Part shown: in pieces, positions 38,901 to 51,930 of the stretch | How positions within the stretch are numbered: position 1 is the first letter of the stretch | Layout: each line of letters begins with the position of its first letter | Assembly: GCF_009914755.1 (NCBI RefSeq) | Contig: NC_060933.1 | Origin: the human T2T-CHM13v2.0 reference genome, Homo sapiens | DNA length: 64,000 bases | Strand: one strand, 5' to 3' | Program-made: the position numbers and the translations under genes | The notes under the pieces: model-generated | What the model was told of the DNA's origin: nothing | Database searches by the model: none | The model's input: the letters and a program-made list of their open reading frames with translations, nothing else

Positions 38901-41900
38901 GCATTCCATTCCATTCCATTCCCCTGCACTCGGGTTGATTCCATTCCATTCCATTCCATTCCATTCCATTCCGTTCAATTCCATTCCATTCCATTCTATT
39001 CTGGTTAATTCCATTCCATTACATTCGATTCCATTCCATTGCCTTCCATTCCATTGCAATCGAGTTGATTCCATTCCATTCTATTCCATTCCGTTCCGGA
39101 TCATTCCATTCCATTCCATTCCATTCCATTCCATTCCATTCCCCGGCAGTCGGGTTGATTCCATTCCCTTCCATTCCAGTCCATTCCATTCCATTCCATT
39201 CCATTCCATTCCATTCCATTCCTTTCCATTCCATTCCATTCCATTCTATTCGGGTTAATTCCATTCCATTCCATTCCATTCCATTCCATTCCATTCCATT
39301 CCATTCCAATCGAGTTGATTCCATTCCATTCCATTCCATTCCATTCCATTCCATTCCACTCCATTCCACTCCTTTCCATTCCATTACACTCGGGTTGATT
39401 CCATTCTATTCCTTTCCATTCCATTCCATTCCATTGCAATCGAGTTGATTCCATGGCTTTGCATTCCATTCCATTCCATTCCATTCCGGATGATTCCATT
39501 CCATTGCATTCCGTTCCATTACATTCCCCTGCACTCGGGTTGATTCCATTCCATTCCATTCGATTCCATTCCATTCCCCTGCACTCGCGTTGATTCCATT
39601 CCATTCCATTCCATTCCATTCCATTCCTTTCCGTTCCATTCCATTCCATTCCATTCCGTTCCGTTCCATTCCATTCCATTCCATTCTATTCGCGTTAATT
39701 CCATTCCATTCCATTCGATTGCAATCGAGTTTATTCCATTCCATTCCATTCCATTCCATTCCATTCCGTTCCATTCCATTCCTTTCCATTCCATTACGGA
39801 TGATTCTATTCCATTGCATTCCATTCCATTCCATTCCCCTGTACTCGGGTTGATTCCATTGCATTCCATTCCATTCCATTCCCCTGCAGTCAGGTTGATT
39901 CCATTCCATTCCATTCCATTCCATTCCATTCCATTCCGTTCCGTTCCGTTCCGTTCCATTCCATTCCATTCCATTCTATTCGTGTTAATTCCATTCCATT
40001 CCATTCCATTCCATTCCATTCCATTCCATTCCATTCCATTCCATTCCTTTCCGTTCCATTCCATTGCATTCCATTCCATTCCGTTCCCTTCCATTCCATT
40101 CCAATCCATTCTATTCGCGTTAATTCCATTCCATTCCATTCGATTGCAATCGAGTTGATTCCATTCCATTCCATTCCATTCCATTCCATTCCATTCCATT
40201 CCTTTCCATTCCATTACGGATGATTCTATTCCATTTCATTCCATTCCATTCCATTCCCCTGTACTCGGGTTGATTCCATTGCATTCCATTCCATTCCATT
40301 CTCCTGCGGTCGGGTTGATTCCATTCCATTCCATTCCATTGCATTCCATTCCATTCCATTGTACTCGGGTTGATTCCATTCCATTGCATTCCATTCCATT
40401 CCATTCCATTCCAATCCATTGCATTCCATTCCATTACATTCGGATTGATTCTATTTAACTCCCTTACTCTCCATTACATTCCATTCCATTCGGGTTGTTC
40501 CATTCCATTCCATTCCATTCCACTCCATTCCATTGCACTCGGGTTGATTCCATTCCATTCCATTCCATTCCATTCCATTCCGGATGATTCCATTCCACTG
40601 CATTCCGTTCCATTACATTCCCCTGCACTCGCGTTGATTCCATTCCATTCCATTCCATTCCATTCCGTTCCGTTCCGTTCCGTTCCATTCCATTCTATTC
40701 CATTCCATTCCATTCCATTCCGTTCCGTTCCATTCCATTCCATTCCATTCTATTTGGGTTAATTCCATTCCATTCCATTCGATTGCAATCGAGTTGATTC
40801 CATTCCATTCCATTCCATTCCATTCCATTCCTTTCCATTATATTACGGATGATTCCATTCCATTGCATTCCATTCCATTCCATTCCCCTGTACTCGGGTT
40901 GATTCCATTCCATTCCATTCCAATCCATGCCATTCCACTCGTATTGATTCCATTGTTTTCATTCCATTCAAGTTGAATCCATTCCATTTCATTCCATTCC
41001 ATTCGATTCCATTCGATTGCACTCGGGTTGATTCCATTGCATTCCATTCCATTCCATTCCATTCCATTCCATTCCATTCCATTCCATTGCGTTCCATTCC
41101 ATTCCATTACATTCGGATTGATTCTATTCAATTCCCTTACACTCCATTACATTCCATTCCATTCGGGTAGTTTCCATTCCATTCCATTCCATTCCTCTCC
41201 ATTCCATTGCACTCGGGTTGATTCCATTCCATTGCATTCCATTCCATGCCGTTCAATTCCATTCCGTTCCATTCCATTCCATTACATTCGGATTGATTCT
41301 ATTCAACTCCCTTACTCTCCATTACATTCGATTCCATTCGGGTTGTTCCATTCCATTCCATTCCATTCCACTCCATTCCATTGCACTCGGGTTGATTCCA
41401 TTCAATTCCATTCCATTCCTTTCCATTCCATTCCATTCCATTCCATTCCGGAAGATTCCATTCCATTGCATTCCATTCCATTCCATTCCCCTGCACTCAC
41501 GTTGATTCCATTCCATTCCATTCCATTCCATTCCATTCCATTCAATTCTATTCCATTCCATTCCATTCCATTCCATTCCATTCCGTTCCATTCCATTCCA
41601 TTCCATTCCATTCCATTCCGTTCCTTTCCATTCCATTCCATTCCATTCTATTCGGGTTAATTCCATTCCATTCCATTCGATTGCAATCGAGTTGATTCCA
41701 TGCGATTCCATTCCATTCCATTCCATTCCATTCCATTCCATACCTTTTCATTCCATTACGGATGATTCCATTCCATTGCATTCCATTCCATTCCTTTCCC
41801 CTGTACTCGGGTTGATTCCATTCCATTCCATTCCAATCCATGCCATTCCACTCGTGTTGATTCCATTCTTTCCATTCCATTCAAGTTGAATCCATTCCAT

Positions 41901-44429
41901 TGCTTTCCATTCCATTCCATTCCCCTGCAGTCGGGTTGATTCCATTCCATTCCATTCCATTCCATTCCATTCCATTTCATTCCGTTCCGTTCCGTTCCAT
42001 TCCATTCCATTCCATTCCATTCTATTCGGGTTAATTCCATTCCATTCCATTCCATTCCAATCGAGTTGATTCTATTCCATTCCATTCCATTCCATTCCAC
42101 TCCATTCCAGTCCATTCCATTCCACTCCACTTGGGTTGATTCCAATGTATTCCTTTCCATTCCATTCCATTCCATTGCAATCGAGTTGATTGCATTGCTT
42201 TGCATTCCATTCCATTCCACTCCATTCCGGATGATTCCATTCCATTGCATTCCATTCCATTCCATTCCCCTGCAGTCGGGTTGATTCCATTCCATTCCAC
42301 TCCATTCCGTTCCATTCCATTCCATTCCATTGTATTCGGGTTAATTCCATTCCATTCCAGTCCATTCCATTCCATTCCATTCCATTACAATCGTGTTGAT
42401 TCCATTCCATTCCATTCCATTCCATTCCAGTCCTTTCCATTCCATTCCACTCGGGTTGATTCCATTCTATTAGTTTCCATTCCATTCCATTCCCTTCCAT
42501 TCCACTCTGCTGATTCCATTCCTTTCCATTCCACTCGAATACATTCCCTCCTATTCCACTCGGAACGATTCCATTCCATTCCATTCCATTGCATTCCATT
42601 CCATTCCATTCCATTGCCTTCCATTCCATTCCATTCCCCTGCACTCGGGTTGATTTCATTCCATTCCATTCCATTCCATTCCATTCCATTCCATTCCATT
42701 CCATTTCATTCCATTCCATTCTATTCCGTACCATTCCATTCCATCCCATTCCATTCCGTTCCATTCCATGCCATTACACTCGGGTTGATTCCATTCCTTT
42801 CCATTCCATTCTTGTTGAATCCATTCCATTCCCTTCCATTCCATTCGAATCCATTCCATTGCACTCGGGTTGATTCCATTCCATTCCATTCCATTCCATT
42901 TCATTCCATTCCATTCCATTACATTCGGATTGATTCTATTCAATTCCCTTACACTCCATTACATTCCATTCCATTCGGGATGTTTCCATTCCATTCCATT
43001 CCATTCCACTCCATTCCATTGCATCAGGTTGATGGCATTCCATTCCATTCCATTCCATTCTATTCGGGTTAATTCCATTCCATTCCATTCCATTCCTTTC
43101 CATTCCATTCCAATCGAGTTGATTCCATTCCATTCCATTCCATTCCATTCCATTCCATTCCAGTCCTTTCCATTCCATTCCACTCGTGTTGATTCCAATG
43201 TATTCCTTTCCATTCCATTCCATTCCATTGCAATCGAGTTGATTCCATTGCTTTGCATTCCATTCCATTCCATTCCATTCCATTCCGGATGACTCCATTC
43301 CATTGCATTCCATTCCATTGCATTCCCCTGCACTCGGGTTGATTCCATTCCATTCCACTCCATTCCTTTGCATTCCATTCCATTCCATTGTATTCGGGTT
43401 AATTCCATTCCATTCCATTCCATTCCATTCCATTCCATTCCATTACAATCGAGTTGATTCCATTCCATTCCATTCCATTCCATTCCATTCCATTCCAGTC
43501 CTTTCCATTCCATTCCACTCGGGTTGATTCCATTCTATTCGTTTCCATTCCATTCCATTCCCTTCCATTCCACTCTGGTTGATTCCATTCCTTTCCATTC
43601 CACTCGAATACATTCCCTCCTATTCCACTCGGAACGATTCCATTCCATTCCATTCCATTCCATTCCATTCCACTCCATTCCATTCCATTCCATTTCGTTC
43701 CATTCCATTCTATTCCGTATCATTTCATTCCATTCCATTCCATTCCATTCCATTCCATTCCACTCGTGTTGATTCCATTCCTTTCCATTCCATTCGGTTT
43801 GAAGGCTTTCCATTCCATTCCATTCCATTCCATTCCATTCCATTGTACTCGGGTTGATTCCATTCCATTGCATTCCATTCCATTCCATTCCATTCCAATC
43901 CATTGCATTCCATTCCATTACATTCGGATTGATTCTATTCAACTCCCTTACTCTCCATTACATTCCATTCCATTCGGGTTGTTCCATTCCATTCCATTCC
44001 ATTCCACTCCATTCCATTGCACTCGGGTTGATTCCATTCCATTCCATTCCATTCCATTCCATTCCGGATGATTCCATTCCACTGCATTCCGTTCCATTAC
44101 ATTCCCCTGCACTCGCGTTGATTCCATTCCATTCCATTCCATTCCATTCCATTCCATTCCGTTCCGTTCCATTCCATTCCATTCCATTCTATTTGGGTTA
44201 ATTCCATTCCATTCCATTCGATGGCAATCGAGTTGATTCCATTCCATTCCATTCCATTCCATTCCATTCCATTCCATTCCTTTCCATTACATTACGGATG
44301 ATTCCATTCCATTGCATTCCATTCCATTCCATTCCCCTGTACTCGGGTTGATTCCATTCCATTCCATTCCAATCCATGCCATTCCACTCGTATTGATTCC
44401 ATTGTTTCCATTCCATTCAAGTTGAATCC

Positions 44430-47400
44430 ATTCCATTGCATTCCATTCCATTCCATTCCATTCGATTCCATTCGATTGCACTCGGGTTGATTCCATTCCA
44501 TTGCATTCCATTCCATTCCATTCCATTCCATTCCATTCCATTCCGTTCCATTCCATTCCATTACATTCGGATTGATTCTATTCAATTCCCTTACACTCCA
44601 TTACATTCCATTCCTTTCGGGTGGTTTCCATTCCATTCCATTCCATTCCTCTCCATTCCATTGCACTCGGGTTGATTCCATTCCATTGCATTCCATTCCA
44701 TACCATTCAATTCCATTCCGTTCCATTCCATTCCATTACATTCGGATTGATTCTATTCAACTCCCTTACTCTCCATTACATTCGATTCCTTTCGGGTTGT
44801 TCCATTCCATTCCATTCCATTCCACTCCATTCCATTGCACTCAGGTTGATTCCATTCAATTCCATTCCATTCCATTCCATTCCATTCCATTCCGGAAGAT
44901 TCCATTCCATTGCATTCCATTCCATTCCATTCCCCTACACTCACGTTGATTCCATTCCATTCCATTCCATTCCATTCCATTCCATTCCATTCAATTCCTT
45001 TCCGTTCCATTCCATTCCATTCCATTCCATTCCATTCCATTCCGTTCCGTTCTGTTCCATTCCATTCCATTCCATTCTATTCGGGTTAATTCCATTCCAT
45101 TCCATTCGATTGCAATCGAGTTGATTCCATGCCATTCCATTCCATTCCATTCCATTCCATTCCATGCCTTTCCATTCCATTACGGATGATTCCATTCCAT
45201 TGCATTCCATTCCATTCCTTTCCCCTGTACTCGGGTTGATTCCATTCCATTCCATTCCAATCCATGCCATTCCACTGGTGTTGATTCCATTCTTTCCATT
45301 CCATTCAAGTTGAATCCATTCCATTGCTTTCCATTCCATTCCATTCCCCTGTAGTCGGGTTCATTCCATTCCATTCCATTCCATTCCATTCCATTCCATT
45401 CCATTCCGTTCCGTTCCGTTCCCTTCCGTTCCGTTCCATTCCATTCCATTCCATTCTATTCGGGTTAATTCCATTCCATTCCATTCCATTCCATTCCATT
45501 CCATTCCATTCCAATCGAGTTGATTCCATTCCATTCCATTCCATTCCATTCCACTCCATTCCAGTCCTTTCCATTCCATTCCACTCGGGTTGATTCCAAT
45601 GTATTCCTTTCCATTCCATTCCATTCCATTGCAATCGAGTTGATTCCATTGCTTTGCATTCCATTCCATTCCATTCCATTCCGGATGACTCCATTCCATT
45701 GCATTCCATTCCATTGCATTCCCCTGCACTCGGGTTGATTCCATTCCGTTCCACTCCATTCCGTTGCATTCCATTCCATTCCATTGTATTCGGGTTAATT
45801 CCATTCCATTCCATTCCATTCCATTCCATTCCATTCCATTCCAATCGAGTTGATTCCATTCCATTCCATTCCATTCCATTCCAGTCCTTTCCATTGCATT
45901 CCACTCGGGTTGATTCCATTCTATTAGTTTCCATTCCATTCCATTCCCTTCCATTCCACTCTGGTTGATTCCATTCCTTTCCATTCCACTCGAATACATT
46001 CCCTCCTATTCCACTCGGAACGATTCCATTCCATTTCATTCCATTCCATTCCATTCCATTCCATTCCATTCCATTTCGTTCCATTACATTCTATTCCGTA
46101 TCATTCCATTCCATTCCTTTCCATTCCATTCCATTCCATTCCATTCCACTCGTGTTGATTCCATTCCTTTCCATTCCATTCGGTTTGAAGGCTTTCCATT
46201 CCATTCCATTCCATTCCATTCCATTCCATTCCATTGTACTCGGGTTGATTCCATTCCATTGCATTCCATTCCATTCCATTCCATTCCAATCCGTTGCATT
46301 CCATTCCATTACATTCGGATTGATTCTATTCAACTCCCTTACTCTCCATTACATTACATTCCATTCGGGTTGTTCCATTCCATTCCATTCCATTCCACTC
46401 CATTCCATTGCACTCGGGTTGATTCCATTCCATTCCATTCCATTCCATTCCATTCCGGATGATTCCATTCCATTGCATTCCGTTCCATTACATTCCCCTG
46501 CACTCGCGTTGATTCCATTCCATTCCATTCCATTCCATTCCATTCAATTCCATTCCATTACAATTCGTTCCATTCCATTCTATTCCGTACCATTCCATTC
46601 CATTCCATACCATTCCATTCCATTCCATTCCATTCCATTCCGTTCCATTCCGTTCCATTCCATTCCATTCCATTCTATTCGGGTTAATTCCATTCCATTC
46701 CATTCCATTCCATTCCATTCCAATCTATTCCATTCCATTGCAATCGAGTTGAATCCATTGCATTTCATTCCATTCCATTCCATTCCATTCCATTCCATTG
46801 CAATCGAGTTGAATCCATTGCATTTCATTCCATTCCATTCCACTCCATTCCATTCCGGAATATTCCATTCCATTGCATTCCATTCCATTCCATTCCCCTG
46901 CACTCGCGTTGATTCCTTTCCATTCCATTCCATTCCATTCCATTCCATTCCATTCAATTCCTTTCCGTTCCATTCCATTCCATTCCATTCCATTCCATTC
47001 CATTCCATTCCATTCCGTTCCGTTCTGTTCCATTCCATTCCATTCCATTCTATTCGGGATAATTCCATTCCATTCCATTCGATTGCAATCGAGTTGATTC
47101 CATGCCATTCCATTCCATTCCATTCCATTCCATTCCATGCCTTTCCATTCCATTACGGATGATTCCATTCCATTGCATTCCATTCCATTCCTTTCCCCTG
47201 TACTCGGGTTGATTCCATTCCATTCCATTCCAATCCATGCCATTCCACTGGTGTTGATTCCATTCTTTCCATTCCATTCAAGTTGAATCCATTCCATTGC
47301 TTTCCATTCCATTCCATTCCCCTGTAGTCCGGTTCATTCCATTCCATTCCATTCCATTCCATTCCATTCCATTCCATTCCGTTCCGTTCCGTTCCCTTCC

Positions 47401-50400
47401 GTTCCGTTCCATTCCATTCCATTCCATTCTATTCGGGTTAATTCCATTCCATTCCATTGCATTCCATTCCATTCCATTCCATTCGATTCCATTCGATTGC
47501 ACTCGGGTTGATTCCATTCCATTGCATTCCATTCCATTCCATTCCATTCCATTCCATTCCGTTCCATTCCATTCCATTACATTCGGATTGATTCTATTCA
47601 ATTCCCTTACACTCCATTACATTCCATTCCTTTCGGGTGGTTTCCATTCCATTCCATTCCATTCCTCTCCATTCCATTGCACTCGGGTTGATTCCATTCC
47701 ATTGCATTCCATTCCATACCATTCAATTCCATTCCGTTCCATTCCATTCCATTACATTCGGATTGATTCTATTCAACTCCCTTACTCTCCATTACATTCG
47801 ATTCCTTTCGGGTTGTTCCATTCCATTCCATTCCATTCCACTCCATTCCATTGCACTCAGGTTGATTCCATTCAATTCCATTCCATTCCATTCCATTCCA
47901 TTCCATTCCGGAAGATTCCATTCCATTGCATTCCATTCCATTCCATTCCCCTGCACTCACGTTGATTCCATTCCATTCCATTCCATTCCATTCCATTCCA
48001 TTCCATTCCATTCAATTCCTTTCCGTTCCATTCCATTCCATTCCATTCCATTCCATTCCATTCCGTTCCGTTCTGTTCCATTCCATTCCATTCCATTCTA
48101 TTCGGGTTAATTCCATTCCATTCCATTCGATTGCAATCGAGTTGATTCCATGCCATTCCATTCCATTCCATTCCATTCCATTCCATGCCTTTCCATTCCA
48201 TTACGGATGATTCCATTCCATTGCATTCCATTCCATTCCTTTCCCCTGTACTCGGGTTGATTCCATTCCATTCCATTCCAATCCATGCCATTCCACTGGT
48301 GTTGATTCCATTCTTTCCATTCCATTCAAGTTGAATCCATTCCATTGCTTTCCATTCCATTCCATTCCCCTGTAGTCGGGTTCATTCCATTCCATTCCAT
48401 TCCATTCCATTCCATTCCATTCCATTCCGTTCCGTTCCGTTCCCTTCCGTTCCGTTCCATTCCATTCCATTCCATTCTATTCGGGTTAATTCCATTCCAT
48501 TCCATTCCATTCCATTCCATTCCATTCCATTCCAATCGAGTTGATTCCATTCCATTCCATTCCATTCCATTCCACTCCATTCCAGTCCTTTCCATTCCAT
48601 TCCACTCGGGTTGATTCCAATGTATTCCTTTCCATTCCATTCCATTCCATTGCAATCGAGTTGATTCCATTGCTTTGCATTCCATTCCATTCCATTCCAT
48701 TCCGGATGACTCCATTCCATTGCATTCCATTCCATTGCATTCCCCTGCACTCGGGTTGATTCCATTCCGTTCCACTCCATTCCGTTGCATTCCATTCCAT
48801 TCCATTGTATTCGGGTTAATTCCATTCCATTCCATTCCATTCCATTCCATTCCATTCCATTCCAATCGAGTTGATTCCATTCCATTCCATTCCATTCCAT
48901 TCCAGTCCTTTCCATTGCATTCCACTCGGGTTGATTCCATTCTATTAGTTTCCATTCCATTCCATTCCCTTCCATTCCACTCTGGTTGATTCCATTCCTT
49001 TCCATTCCACTCGAATACATTCCCTCCTATTCCACTCGGAACGATTCCATTCCATTTCATTCCATTCCATTCCATTCCATTCCATTCCATTCCATTTCGT
49101 TCCATTACATTCTATTCCGTATCATTCCATTCCATTCCTTTCCATTCCATTCCATTCCATTCCATTCCACTCGTGTTGATTCCATTCCTTTCCATTCCAT
49201 TCGGTTTGAAGGCTTTCCATTCCATTCCATTCCATTCCATTCCATTCCATTCCATTGTACTCGGGTTGATTCCATTCCATTGCATTCCATTCCATTCCAT
49301 TCCATTCCAATCCGTTGCATTCCATTCCATTACATTCGGATTGATTCTATTCAACTCCCTTACTCTCCATTACATTACATTCCATTCGGGTTGTTCCATT
49401 CCATTCCATTCCATTCCACTCCATTCCATTGCACTCGGGTTGATTCCATTCCATTCCATTCCATTCCATTCCATTCCGGATGATTCCATTCCATTGCATT
49501 CCGTTCCATTACATTCCCCTGCACTCGCGTTGATTCCATTCCATTCCATTCCATTCCATTCCATTCAATTCCATTCCATTACAATTCGTTCCATTCCATT
49601 CTATTCCGTACCATTCCATTCCATTCCATACCATTCCATTCCATTCCATTCCATTCCATTCCGTTCCATTCCGTTCCATTCCATTCCATTCCATTCTATT
49701 CGGGTTAATTCCATTCCATTCCATTCCATTCCATTCCATTCCAATCTATTCCATTCCATTGCAATCGAGTTGAATCCATTGCATTTCATTCCATTCCATT
49801 CCATTCCATTCCATTCCATTGCAATCGAGTTGAATCCATTGCATTTCATTCCATTCCATTCCACTCCATTCCATTCCGGAATATTCCATTCCATTGCATT
49901 CCATTCCATTCCATTCCCCTGCACTCGCGTTGATTCCTTTCCATTCCATTCCATTCCATTCCATTCCATTCCATTCAATTCCTTTCCGTTCCATTCCATT
50001 CCATTCCATTCCATTCCATTCCATTCCATTCCATTCCGTTCCGTTCTGTTCCATTCCATTCCATTCCATTCTATTCGGGATAATTCCATTCCATTCCATT
50101 CGATTGCAATCGAGTTGATTCCATGCCATTCCATTCCATTCCATTCCATTCCATTCCATGCCTTTCCATTCCATTACGGATGATTCCATTCCATTGCATT
50201 CCATTCCATTCCTTTCCCCTGTACTCGGGTTGATTCCATTCCATTCCATTCCAATCCATGCCATTCCACTGGTGTTGATTCCATTCTTTCCATTCCATTC
50301 AAGTTGAATCCATTCCATTGCTTTCCATTCCATTCCATTCCCCTGTAGTCCGGTTCATTCCATTCCATTCCATTCCATTCCATTCCATTCCATTCCATTC

Positions 50401-51930
50401 CGTTCCGTTCCGTTCCCTTCCGTTCCGTTCCATTCCATTCCATTCCATTCTATTCGGGTTAATTCCATTCCATTCCATTCCATTCCATTCCATTCCATTC
50501 CAATCGAGTTGATTCCATTCCATTCCATTCCATTCCATTCCACTCCATTCCAGTCCTTTCCATTCCATTCCACTCGGGTTGATTCCAATGTATTCCTTTC
50601 CATTCCATTCCATTCCATTGCAATCGAGTTGATTCCATTGCTTTGCATTCCATTCCATTCCATTCCATTCCGGATGACTCCATTCCATTGCATTCCATTC
50701 CATTGCATTCCCCTGCACTCGGGTTGATTCCATTCCGTTCCACTCCATTCCGTTGCATTCCATTCCATTCCATTATATTCGGGTTAATTCCATTCCATTC
50801 CATTCCATTCCATTCCATTCCATTCCAATCGAGTTGATTCCATTCCATTCCATTCCATTCCATTCCATTCCATTCCAGTCCTTTCCATTGCATTCCACTC
50901 GGGTTGATTCCATTCTATTAGTTTCCATTCCATTCCATTCCCTTCCATTCCACTCTGGTTGATTCCATTCCTTTCCATTCCACTCGAATACATTCCCTCC
51001 TATTCCACTCGGAACGATTCCATTCCATTTCATTCCATTCCATTCCATTCCATTCCATTCCATTTCGTTCCATTACATTCTATTCCGTATCATTCCATTC
51101 CATTCCTTTCCATTCCATTCCATTCCATTCCATTCCACTCGTGTTGATTCCATTCCTTTCCATTCCATTCGGTTTGAAGGCTTTCCATTCCATTCCATTC
51201 CATTCCATTCCATTCCATTCCATTCCATTGTACTCGGGTTGATTCCATTCCATTGCATTCCATTCCATTCCACTCCATTCCAATCCGTTGCATTCCATTC
51301 CATTACATTCGGATTGATTCTATTCAACTCCCTTACTCTCCATTACATTACATTCCATTCGGGTTGTTCCATTCCATTCCATTCCATTCCACTCCATTCC
51401 ATTGCACTCGGGTTGATTCCATTCCATTCCATTCCATTCCATTCCATTCCATTCCGGATGATTCCATTCCATTGCATTCCGTTCCATTACATTCCCCTGC
51501 ACTCGCGTTGATTCCATTCCATTCCATTCCATTCCATTCCATTCAATTCCATTCCATTACAATTCGTTCCATTCCATTCTATTCCGTACCATTCCATTCC
51601 ATTCCATACCATTCCATTCCATTCCATTCCATTCCATTCCGTTCCATTCCGTTCCATTCCATTCCATTCCATTCTATTAGGGTTAATTCCATTCCATTCC
51701 ATTCCATTCCATTCCATTCCATTCCATTCCAATCTATTCCATTCCATTACAATCGAGTTGAATCCATTGCATTTCATTCTATTCCATTCCATTCCATTCC
51801 ATTCCATTGCAATCGAGTTGAATCCATTGCATTTCATTCCATTCCATTCCACTCCATTCCATTCCGGAAGATTCCATTCCATTGCATTCCATTCCATTCC
51901 ATTCCCCTGCACTCGCGTTGATTCCTTTCC
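44430..51930 (-). repeat. Nested tandem duplications: 3021-bp near-identical pair (~44430-47450, ~47450-50470) overlapping a ~1970-bp period
   Basis: Identical ORFs at 45305/48326 and 46152/49173 (offset 3021), and at 45180/47153/48201/50174 (offsets 1973 and 3021). Private words CCACTGGTGTTG, CCCTGTAGTC and CGGGATAATT. Confidence 0.92.
46731..46850 (-). repeat. 60-bp tandem duplication (also at ~49752-49870 and ~51741-51850)
   Basis: CAATCGAGTTGAATCCATTGCATTTCATTC starts at both 46741 and 46801. Confidence 0.85.
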
